DNA of 19,357 nucleotides from a virus: IMG/VR virus record IMGVR_UViG_3300029235_000124, positions 1 to 19,357 of that record; one strand, 5' to 3'. Shown piece by piece: positions 1 to 6,554 of this stretch (position 1 is its first letter; each line of letters starts with the position of its first letter). The notes under the pieces were generated by a model. It saw only the letters and a program-made list of their open reading frames with translations, ran no database searches and was not told where the DNA came from. The position numbers and the translations under genes were made by a program.

Positions 1-77
1 AATTCCCGAGTGGCCAAAGGGGACAGACTGTAAATCTGCTGGCACTGCCTTCGGTGGTTCGAATCCACCTTCGCCCA
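1..77 (+). tRNA. tRNA-Tyr (anticodon GTA), 5' end truncated by window edge
   Basis: Anticodon loop CTGTAAA. Long variable arm (class II). T-arm GGTGG-TTCGAAT-CCACC. 3' acceptor TTCGCCC plus discriminator A. About 5 nt of the 5' acceptor are missing. Confidence 0.85.
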
Positions 78-89
78 GTTAAATACTTA

Positions 90-118
90 TTGACAAATTG
101 AAAGTAAGTATTTATAAT
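90..118 (+). promoter_or_regulatory. Consensus sigma70-type promoter for the downstream tRNA genes
   Basis: TTGACA (90-95), exactly 17 nt spacer, TATAAT (113-118). tRNA-fMet starts 12 nt downstream. The promoter sits between 9-bp inverted repeats AAATACTTA (81-89) and TAAGTATTT (105-113). Confidence 0.7.
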
Positions 119-129
119 AATTTAGGTAA

Positions 130-203
<74 letters not shown>

Positions 204-230
204 TTTTTATGCCTTAGGCATAAGGAAAAA

Positions 231-303
<73 letters not shown>

Positions 304-320
304 TTTAAGTAATTTAATAA

Positions 321-393
321 GGGCGTGTAGCTCAGTCGGTAGAGCACTTGACTTTTAATCAAGTTGTCCGGGGTTCGAATCCCCGCACGCTCA
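321..393 (+). tRNA. tRNA-Lys (anticodon TTT)
   Basis: GGGCGTGTAGCTCAGTCGGTAGAGC. Anticodon stem-loop CTTGA-CTTTTAA-TCAAG. T-arm GGGGTTCGAATCCCC. 3' acceptor CACGCTC plus A. Confidence 0.93.
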
Positions 394-405
394 TCTTTGA
401 AAAGT

Positions 406-445
406 GGCGGAAAGCCTTGTAAAATCAAGGTTTTTCGCCGTTTTT
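406..445 (+). terminator. Rho-independent terminator after the tRNA cluster, possibly bidirectional and also serving int
   Basis: Stem GGCGGAAAGCCTTG / CAAGGTTTTTCGCC with loop TAAAAT, followed by GTTTTT. Confidence 0.65.
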
Positions 446-518
446 GCATCTATTTCACGGTAGTCAAAAGTAACCCCAAATAGGTGGTTTTATTTGTCTT
501 AAAGCCGTCTTCAGAGGC

Positions 519-562
519 AAAATATCTTCATTTCATCTTCAAAATATCTTCAAAAAATATCC
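519..562. repeat. Phased short direct repeats between tRNA-Lys and the int stop codon (candidate integrase arm-type sites in attL)
   Basis: ATCTTCA at 524-530, 535-541 and 546-552, exactly 11 bp apart. The longer AAAATATCTTCA occurs at 519-530 and 541-552. A degenerate AAAATATCC lies at 554-562. Confidence 0.4.
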
Positions 563-570
563 CTGAAAAC

Positions 571-1686
571 CTAGAGCGCAACAGCGTTTTCTACCACGTT
601 CGCTGGATTTTCTTTTTCCTCCATAATGTGGTTATAGACTTCAATTACCATTTTTTCTGTATCACCCATGAGTGCAGCAATCTTTTTAATACTTATAGCT
701 GGGATCTGGTAGCAGAGGTTTGTGCAGTAGTTGTGTCGGAAGACATGAGCTGTCAGATTAAAGATAACCTGCAGATCTTCACTGCCGCCTGCAGCTAAGT
801 TGATCTTGGTGGTGATCGACTTCCACATTTTGTCATATGAGCTTTTGGTCATGATCTCACCGTTCAGCTTGCCAAAAAGGTATGTTCCCGGCACTGTACG
901 CATATATTGGTCCAGATAGTCCACCAGATAGCCTGGAAGGGGCACAGGACGCTTTCTTTCGTTCTTAGTACACTTTATATAGGGTGTGTTCTTGTCAAAG
1001 GCTACAGCCTCGTTTACGTACAATTCACGTTTTTTTAGATTAATTGTAAACTTGGTCTGGGCCAAAGCTTCCCCACGCCGAAGACCGGTAGCGTAGATCA
1101 GGAGAACAAAGGCCTTTTCCCTGGGAGTAAAATCTGCAACCTTAATAGCTGCCTTTTCTTCCGGAGTTAAAGGCCTTTTTTCATCGGGCTTGTACTTAGG
1201 AATATCAATACCAGTACATATATCACGGTAGGATCCTTCTGGAAGTTTCTTATCCTGAATCGCACTTTTCACTATTTGTTGAAAAGTCAGGGCGATTTGT
1301 TGACAAGTCCTTGGCATTTTCAGTGCGTTGTTGATAACTGACTGGAAATGGATCTTACGCAGGTCCTGCAGGCGGATACCGTCCAGGATGATTAAATGTT
1401 TTTCTATGATGTTCTCATACATGCGCTGGGTGTTAAGCTGCCGGACCTTTTTATATACCTTTAGCCAGCTCCTGGCATAGGTTAAAAAGGTTTCGTCTGT
1501 TGGTGTAACATATTTGCGATCAGCAACGGTTGCTTTCATCGCATTTACCTTTTTCTCCAGGTCGCCGCTGGATTTGGTGGAATAGATAGGTATGTAGTGT
1601 TTGCGACCGTCTGGGTTATAGGTCCCGTCCCATACTTTGGTCTGGAAGCGGCCGTCTTTACCGGGTGTATATTTTGCTTTTGCCAT
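571..1686 (-). CDS. int: Phage tyrosine integrase (site-specific recombinase)
   Basis: Recombinase motifs TGLRRGE (Arg), HVFRHNY (HxxR) and VYNH (catalytic Tyr). Start set at MAKAKYTPG (ATG 1686) because AGGAGG lies 8 nt upstream; the ORF track extends to 1731. Stop is TAG. Confidence 0.92.
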   Translation of the reverse strand: MAKAKYTPGKDGRFQTKVWDGTYNPDGRKHYIPIYSTKSSGDLEKKVNAMKATVADRKYVTPTDETFLTYARSWLKVYKKVRQLNTQRMYENIIEKHLIILDGIRLQDLRKIHFQSVINNALKMPRTCQQIALTFQQIVKSAIQDKKLPEGSYRDICTGIDIPKYKPDEKRPLTPEEKAAIKVADFTPREKAFVLLIYATGLRRGEALAQTKFTINLKKRELYVNEAVAFDKNTPYIKCTKNERKRPVPLPGYLVDYLDQYMRTVPGTYLFGKLNGEIMTKSSYDKMWKSITTKINLAAGGSEDLQVIFNLTAHVFRHNYCTNLCYQIPAISIKKIAALMGDTEKMVIEVYNHIMEEKENPANVVENAVAL

Positions 1687-1719
1687 AAAGTATATCCTCC
1701 TGTTATTGAAAAATGGGTA

Positions 1720-1745
1720 CAAAAAAGGCACCCTTGCCAGAGTGC
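1720..1745 (-). terminator. Minus-strand intrinsic terminator immediately upstream of the int ribosome-binding site
   Basis: On the minus strand: GCACUC-UGGCAA-GGGUGC, then C and six U. The stem has a G:U pair on the minus strand that would be a C:A mismatch on the plus strand. Confidence 0.5.
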
Positions 1746-1822
1746 TTCAGGAATGATATAATTTATTTGCGTTTAAAACTATATCTTCCGGAGCAATCTG
1801 GTAAGAGAAAATCTATGTAAAG

Positions 1823-1853
1823 CCGTTCCTGTTGGCGCAGGAGCGGTCTTTTA
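1823..1853 (+). terminator. Plus-strand-specific hairpin with T-tract in the int-NYN spacer
   Basis: CCGTTCCTG-TTGGCG-CAGGAGCGG followed by TCTTTTACTTTG. It contains a U:G pair on the plus strand that is an A:C mismatch on the minus strand. Confidence 0.45.
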
Positions 1854-1866
1854 CTTTGTAATAGTA

Positions 1867-2550
1867 TTATTGAGGTGAATTTTCGCTATTAGTTGCAGCT
1901 GTTAATTTTGGAGCTTTCGTACGAATACCATCAATGTGTTCATATAGATCTTCTTTAATTGGGGAACGCATTGGATCTAAAATAAAGTCGATTCCTTCTC
2001 GGCGAGCTTGCTTAGCCGCTGGAACAAAGTCGCTATCTCCAGAAATCAGGATAATGCGATCAACCTGTTTTTTAAATGCCAAAGAGGATATGTCAACGCC
2101 AATACGCATATCAACTCCCTTTTGTGAAATGGAAAGGGAAAAATCTTTCTCAGTTAATTGCTCAACAGTAATTTTGCCGGAAAGCAATTTTTTGGTAGTT
2201 TCTGGCTTGAGGTTAAATAGGGCTTGTTCTTCGGCAAGACGTCCTAGACGAAGAGCAAATTTTCTCTGATGTTTTAACTCATTGAAAAATTCAGTGGCCC
2301 ATGTATAATCTGGCGTATTTCCAAGATTAATGGCACGTTTTAACAACGGATGATATATATTTTTGGAACTTGGAGGGCAGTCATAGTAAAACACGCGGTA
2401 CAGAGAAGCTCCTTCTTTTTCCTCTACGATATGGCGATGACAGTATGTAGACAATTCTTTAGCACGTTCAGCTGGAGTTTTATCTCCGTATATATGGTAA
2501 GCTCGCTTACGGTAAAAAGCGCCATCAATTAATATTGCAGTTTTAATCAT
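1867..2550 (-). CDS. NYN-domain (LabA/PIN-like) predicted ribonuclease, prophage cargo gene
   Basis: Acidic NYN motifs are AILIDGAF, QKGVDMRIGVDI and ILISGDSDF. Start set at MIKTAIL (ATG 2550) with AAGGGAG 7 nt upstream. The upstream part of the 284-aa ORF overlaps a promoter and terminator and is not coding. Confidence 0.8.
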   Translation of the reverse strand: MIKTAILIDGAFYRKRAYHIYGDKTPAERAKELSTYCHRHIVEEKEGASLYRVFYYDCPPSSKNIYHPLLKRAINLGNTPDYTWATEFFNELKHQRKFALRLGRLAEEQALFNLKPETTKKLLSGKITVEQLTEKDFSLSISQKGVDMRIGVDISSLAFKKQVDRIILISGDSDFVPAAKQARREGIDFILDPMRSPIKEDLYEHIDGIRTKAPKLTAATNSENSPQ

Positions 2551-2565
2551 AGATTTTCTCCCTTG

Positions 2566-2627
2566 AATAAAAAATACCCCTAGCATCATCACATCCCTTA
2601 TGGTGGGAGGATTACTGCTAGGGGTAT
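2566..2627 (-). terminator. Strong intrinsic terminator/attenuator hairpin in the 5' leader of the NYN gene
   Basis: Perfect 12-bp stem ATACCCCTAGCA / TGCTAGGGGTAT (2574-2585 / 2616-2627) with a 30-nt loop. On the minus strand it is followed by TTTTTTAT, and it ends 2 nt before the AAGGGAG ribosome-binding-site motif. Confidence 0.6.
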
Positions 2628-2672
2628 ACTTTCGAGTTGATACATTACCGAAGTAATGAATAGTTCTTTTGC

Positions 2673-2686
2673 ACCACATATGTGGT
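2673..2686. promoter_or_regulatory. Perfect 14-bp palindrome at the predicted transcription start of the NYN gene (candidate operator)
   Basis: ACCACAT|ATGTGGT lies 7 nt downstream of the predicted -10. Confidence 0.45.
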
Positions 2687-2692
2687 ACCATC

Positions 2693-2721
2693 AATTTACC
2701 CCAAAACAGTAAAAATGTCAA
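2693..2721 (-). promoter_or_regulatory. Predicted sigma70-type promoter of the NYN cargo gene
   Basis: Minus strand reads TTGACA (2721-2716), 17-nt spacer, TAAATT (2698-2693). Confidence 0.55.
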
Positions 2722-2805
2722 TAATCAATAATAGAAAATTTTCGAAATTATCTTGGCAGGTTTGAGTAAAAATTAATTTGGTGAAATCACCAGAATGGTT
2801 TTATT

Positions 2806-2856
2806 AACTGTTCGGAATTTCCGAACAGTTGAACTTGTAAGTAATTCTTACAAGTT
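2806..2856 (-). terminator. Two adjacent perfect hairpins downstream of the 2920-3195 ORF
   Basis: AACTGTTCGGAA-T-TTCCGAACAGTT (2806-2830), then AACTTGTAAG-TAATT-CTTACAAGTT (2832-2856). Neither strand has a clean U-tract. Confidence 0.4.
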
Positions 2857-2919
2857 GCTATTATTTCAGCCTTAATTCAATAAGTTCTTTCTGATATCCC
2901 AAAATTCGTGAAAGCTGAT

Positions 2920-3195
2920 CTAACAGTAGGCTTTATCAATGGCAATAAGTAAAAAATGCAAATCTCCAAACATAATATTTAATGTATCATGAAGTTCCCA
3001 TGTATGTTCTGAAAGGGAAGATATTTTTTCCCTGTTATCCTTGACACGCATATATTGGTTAGTGGTAAGATTAAGATAATCTTCTAAAAAACAAAAACAG
3101 TTGGAAATTTGATGTCGGGTGCGTGAGTCAGGTTCATCATCCGTGAGCGGTTCGATATATAAATATATATCATGATAAGTATGAAAGGTTCTCAT
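2920..3195 (-). CDS. Hypothetical protein (91 aa)
   Basis: Open frame with GAGGAAAA 4 nt before ATG 3195 (MRTFHTYHD...). The longer 115-aa version would overlap the neighbouring gene start. No recognisable motif. Stop is TAG. Confidence 0.5.
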   Translation of the reverse strand: MRTFHTYHDIYLYIEPLTDDEPDSRTRHQISNCFCFLEDYLNLTTNQYMRVKDNREKISSLSEHTWELHDTLNIMFGDLHFLLIAIDKAYC

Positions 3196-3224
3196 GTCAT
3201 TTTCCTCGAAAGGTGGTGCTTTTA

Positions 3225-3452
3225 ATGAATAAGCATACAGCAGGTAACTTGGAAGCAAGGTTTTCATTTACTGATCGAGACGGCCACCAGATAAGTGGCA
3301 GCTATACCAAGGAAGACCTTGCTACATTGCTGGAGTATCTTGGAGACTATTTATGGGATATGCATCCTGTAAATGCAGCTCCGGATCCATGTGGTGGGAT
3401 CGTGGATACTTTAAAACCAATTACTATAACGATTATGCGCCAAGAGTCCTAA
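3225..3452 (+). CDS. Hypothetical protein (75 aa)
   Basis: ATG 3225 (MNKHTAGN...) with AAAGGTGG 8 nt upstream. A weak hairpin plus TTTTTAT follows. No recognisable motif. Confidence 0.5.
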   Translation: MNKHTAGNLEARFSFTDRDGHQISGSYTKEDLATLLEYLGDYLWDMHPVNAAPDPCGGIVDTLKPITITIMRQES

Positions 3453-3495
3453 TCAGGGGCTCTTTTTATATTTCCCTTGCCAATTTCATAATATA

Positions 3496-4578
3496 TTAAT
3501 TAAATGGTAGATCGTCATCTTTATCAAAACTGTTAGTTGTGTTATTAGGAGTGTCTAAAACATCATCTGGAATATTTAAAAAATTATTAGGGGTTAATTG
3601 ATCCCAGGCATTGAGTAAGTGATTTTTGAAAAATGTAGTTTCTGCACCACAATGAACGCAGTAACGAGCATTTGCAGCAGCCAATTCACCACAGTATCCA
3701 TATGTATTACCAATATTGGTACATTGATTAACAAGAAAAGTGCCGCAAATGTGACAATAATTTCCAACGGGAGAAATTTCCTCATTGTCACAAACCGGGC
3801 ATCGAACGGCTTTACTATTTTGGTCTAAAACTATTTTTGTTGTATATTTCATTTTTCCGTCTCCCCATTGTAAAGTTTTATTTCCGCAAATCGGACAATA
3901 GTTTCCTTTGCCTTGAACCATATATGCATCACAAGTTCGGCAATGCTTTTTATAAATAAAATTGTAGTAGTAATGGAATAAAGGCCTATCGTAAATATCA
4001 TTTCCATTTATGTGTTTTTCCCATTGCTGATAAGCACGAAAGCGTCTGATAGCAGCAGGGTTAGATATTTGACAAAGTTCTTTCAGCTGTTTTGCTGTTG
4101 TAATTTTGAATGCATACAGTACAACATGAGGTACTAGAATTAGTTGGGCAAAATAATCAGCTTCAGCTTCTACATAGTTGTAAGTATTAGCAGCTAACCC
4201 ACTGCGAAAAAGCTTATCACTTTTGCAAAAAGCATGATGTCCAAGAATAATGTGCCCTAATTCATGTGCTAAATTCCAACGGACTCGATTGGAATTGACA
4301 ATATTAGGTTCGATATCATTATAATAAATACAATAGCGCATTTGTTTTCTGTTCCGAACAGCATAAGAATCCTTTGTTTCAGCATCAATAATTAATTCTT
4401 CATATGTTATATGAAATTTACGTATCTGACTACTATACGTGATTAATTTAATATTGTGCATGGAACGTATAAGAGCCCCTATTTTAACTGGAACAAATGG
4501 TTTTCCGTAGTTTTCAAGAACAGAAATCACGTAACTCTTGATTTCAGCTCTACGACTATTCGATATCTCCAGAATCAT
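3496..4578 (-). CDS. ImmA/IrrE-family zinc metallopeptidase with a C-terminal triple zinc-ribbon region
   Basis: HEXXH motif AHELGHIILGHH. The C-terminal half has three CxxC...YCxxCG units: CRTC..NYCPICG, CPVC..NYCHICG and YCGE..RYCVHCG. It overlaps the 3' end of the XRE gene. The start is ambiguous: ATG 4578 (GGGAGG only 3 nt upstream), ATG 4599 or TTG 4602. Confidence 0.8.
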   Translation of the reverse strand: MILEISNSRRAEIKSYVISVLENYGKPFVPVKIGALIRSMHNIKLITYSSQIRKFHITYEELIIDAETKDSYAVRNRKQMRYCIYYNDIEPNIVNSNRVRWNLAHELGHIILGHHAFCKSDKLFRSGLAANTYNYVEAEADYFAQLILVPHVVLYAFKITTAKQLKELCQISNPAAIRRFRAYQQWEKHINGNDIYDRPLFHYYYNFIYKKHCRTCDAYMVQGKGNYCPICGNKTLQWGDGKMKYTTKIVLDQNSKAVRCPVCDNEEISPVGNYCHICGTFLVNQCTNIGNTYGYCGELAAANARYCVHCGAETTFFKNHLLNAWDQLTPNNFLNIPDDVLDTPNNTTNSFDKDDDLPFN

Positions 4579-4942
4579 CGTCCTCCCAATTATAATCATC
4601 AAAATTAGCTTTTAATATATTCATTAGTTTTGTTTTTTCTCGATCTGACATTTTGTTTCTTTCGCGCTGGATAATAGCTAAATCTGCATCTGTAGTAGGT
4701 TTGTCATTAAAATTCTTGTTTTCAGAGGGGAGTGTTTTACATTGAGTCCACCCCATTATATAAGCAGGAGAAACATGCAATAATTTAGCAGCGTCTTCTA
4801 TTTTGTCAGAGGGTATATTAGTTATAATATCATTTTCATATTTATAAAGATTCTGTTTTGATACATTAAGTTTAGCTGCAAAGTCAACTTGACTCATACC
4901 TGATTTTTCACGTAATTGTTTTAATCGCTCACCGACCGTCAT
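4556..4942 (-). CDS. XRE-family HTH repressor (CI/ImmR-like)
   Basis: N-terminal HTH_3-like MTVGERLKQLREKSGMSQVDFAAKLNVSKQNLYKYEN. AAAGGAGG lies 7 nt before ATG 4942. It is paired with the ImmA-like gene. Stop is TAG. Confidence 0.88.
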   Translation of the reverse strand: MTVGERLKQLREKSGMSQVDFAAKLNVSKQNLYKYENDIITNIPSDKIEDAAKLLHVSPAYIMGWTQCKTLPSENKNFNDKPTTDADLAIIQRERNKMSDREKTKLMNILKANFDDYNWEDDDSGDIE

Positions 4943-5004
4943 TTGAATTCCTCCTTTAAAGTAACTTAATAATAGCACAAAAATGTTATAAAAGCAATGA
5001 AAAA

Positions 5005-5057
5005 TATCTTGACAAGTTACGAAAATGTGATATGATATGAGTATCTTACAAAGTTAC
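5005..5057. promoter_or_regulatory. Candidate operator repeats in the divergent switch region
   Basis: 16-mers TATCTTGACAAGTTAC (5005-5020) and TATCTTACAAAGTTAC (5042-5057) share 13/16 positions. The first contains the dyad CTTG-A-CAAG, which overlaps the -35. Confidence 0.45.
5009..5036 (+). promoter_or_regulatory. Early rightward promoter (extended -10)
   Basis: TTGACA (5009-5014), 16-nt spacer ending in TGA, then TATGAT (5031-5036), i.e. TGnTATGAT. It lies about 38 nt upstream of the Cro-like start. Confidence 0.6.
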
Positions 5058-5074
5058 CAAGAAGGTGATATGCG

Positions 5075-5275
5075 ATGATAAGAACAGACGAATTAAGGGG
5101 AATTATTGCTAAAAATGGTCTTTCCCAGTCGGATGTAGCTTTAAAAATTGGGGTAACTCCTAAAACATTTTATGAAAAAATGAAAATTGGTATTTTTGGG
5201 AGCGATGAGATTCAAATTATGATAGATGAGCTTCATATTGAGGATCCAACCGCAATTTTTTTTGCTAAAGAGTAA
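5075..5275 (+). CDS. Cro-like small HTH protein (DUF739/XRE-like)
   Basis: 66 aa with LRGIIAKNGLSQSDVALKIGVTPKTFYEKM, resembling an HTH. It is divergent from the repressor. GAAGGTGA lies upstream. Confidence 0.75.
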   Translation: MIRTDELRGIIAKNGLSQSDVALKIGVTPKTFYEKMKIGIFGSDEIQIMIDELHIEDPTAIFFAKE

Positions 5276-5306
5276 CTTATAAAGCTACAATTCGAGCGGA
5301 TACTCT

Positions 5307-5507
5307 ATGCACTACAAATTTATGAATGCCCCGGAGCGGGAAGCATACCGCATGGGATACGAGAGAGGCAAACAGGAAGGTTTGCAAAAAGCAGCAATGC
5401 TCATTCAGCTGGTAGCAACAGACAGCAATGTATTTAAGGAGAGCATTCTCCAGAATAGCAAGGAAGCAGTTGAACTGAGAAAAATCTTTACAGGAAAGGG
5501 TGAATAA
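5307..5507 (+). CDS. Hypothetical early protein (66 aa)
   Basis: Open frame co-oriented with the early operon, and its stop abuts the next start. The ribosome-binding site is weak. Confidence 0.45.
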   Translation: MHYKFMNAPEREAYRMGYERGKQEGLQKAAMLIQLVATDSNVFKESILQNSKEAVELRKIFTGKGE

Positions 5508-5508
5508 C

Positions 5509-6273
5509 ATGAATGAGTTAATTAAGGTTACATACAGCGCAGGTGAGCCGACTGTGTCAGCGAGAGACTTGCACGAAGGGTTAGAGATTAAAACTGCATT
5601 TAAGGACTGGTTTCCAAGAATGATAGAGTATGGATTTGAAGCAGGTAAAGATTTCAACATGCTCAAAAATGAGCGGGTTCAAATGGAAGGCAACCGCGAA
5701 GTAAGAAGAGAGATTACAGACTACCAGATTTCAGTAGATATGGCGAAGCAGATCTGCATGATCCAGCGCAATGAAAAAGGTAAACAGTACCGTGAGTATT
5801 TCCTGGAATTGGAAAAAGCATGGAACACACCGGAGCAGGTATTTGCCAGAGCGTTGCGAATGGCCAATCAGACTATTAATAGTTTGAAAGATCGTTGCCA
5901 GTTTCTTGGTGGTCAGGTTGAAGAACAGCAGAAGGTCATTGAGGAGTTGCAGCCCAAGGCCTCTTATTATGACATGATCTTACAGTGTAAAGATCTGATT
6001 GCTACCACTGTAATCGCTAAGGACTATGGAATGTCTGCAAAGAAATTTAATGCAATTCTTCATAAACTGGGTATCCAGTTCAAGCAGGGAGATGTTTGGG
6101 TGCTGTATGCGAAGTATCAGGGAAATGGTTATTTGAAGACAAAGACACATAATTTTTCAGATTCGGAAGGCATTCAGCATTCTAAAGAACATTCCTATTG
6201 GACGCAGAAGGGGCGTTTGTTCTTGTATGATCTGTTAAAGCAGCATGATGTTCTGCCTTTAATGGAAGTTTAG
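5509..6273 (+). CDS. Phage antirepressor (AntA-like N-terminus, KilAC-like C-terminus)
   Basis: N-terminus has VSARDLHEGLEIKTAFKDWFPRMIEYGFEAGKDF. C-terminus has YYDMILQCKDLIATTVIAKDYGMSAKKFNAILHKLGIQ. ATG 5509 with GGAAAGGG upstream. Stop is TAG. Confidence 0.8.
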   Translation: MNELIKVTYSAGEPTVSARDLHEGLEIKTAFKDWFPRMIEYGFEAGKDFNMLKNERVQMEGNREVRREITDYQISVDMAKQICMIQRNEKGKQYREYFLELEKAWNTPEQVFARALRMANQTINSLKDRCQFLGGQVEEQQKVIEELQPKASYYDMILQCKDLIATTVIAKDYGMSAKKFNAILHKLGIQFKQGDVWVLYAKYQGNGYLKTKTHNFSDSEGIQHSKEHSYWTQKGRLFLYDLLKQHDVLPLMEV

Positions 6274-6284
6274 GACTATCTAGT

Positions 6285-6325
6285 AGTACCCATTGAGAAG
6301 CTGTTGGAAGAAAGGGGGTGAGAGA
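6285..6325 (+). repeat. Copy 1 of a roughly 40-nt leader repeat
   Basis: AGTACCCATTGAGAAG-C-TGTTGGA...TGAGAGA matches 6838-6876. The blocks of 16, 7 and 7 nt are identical. Confidence 0.8.
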
Positions 6326-6326
6326 G

Positions 6327-6554
6327 GTGCAAAATGTAGATAAGGCTGAATGGTTGAAAGCTATTGGAGCGAAAGAATTCCCGGAACCGGTAAAGTATGC
6401 TTATACGTTTCCGGGATACAGTGGAGCTTTTAATTTATCCGAACGCTATGTAGAAGAAAGCGATTTGAAAGAATTAAAAGCCCAATATGAGAAAAATAAA
6501 GCTCATGCATTAGAAGTAATTAAAGCGAAAAAAGAGTTGGATACGCATTGCTAA
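6327..6554 (+). CDS. Hypothetical early protein (about 75 aa)
   Basis: Open frame. GTG 6327 is preferred by analogy with the repeat copy upstream of 6880; GTG 6318 is also possible. The sequence is helical and charged (KELKAQYEKNKAHALEVIKAKKEL). Confidence 0.5.
   Translation: MQNVDKAEWLKAIGAKEFPEPVKYAYTFPGYSGAFNLSERYVEESDLKELKAQYEKNKAHALEVIKAKKELDTHC

Noticed and set aside
484-798. 104-aa plus-strand ORF
   Set aside because: It is antisense to the 3' end of the integrase and covers the AT-rich att-region repeats. It has no ribosome-binding site and a low-complexity, hydrophobic translation.
5277-5666. 129-aa minus-strand ORF
   Set aside because: It is antisense to the 5307 ORF and to the well-supported antirepressor N-terminus. 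It has no ribosome-binding site and its orientation conflicts with the early operon.
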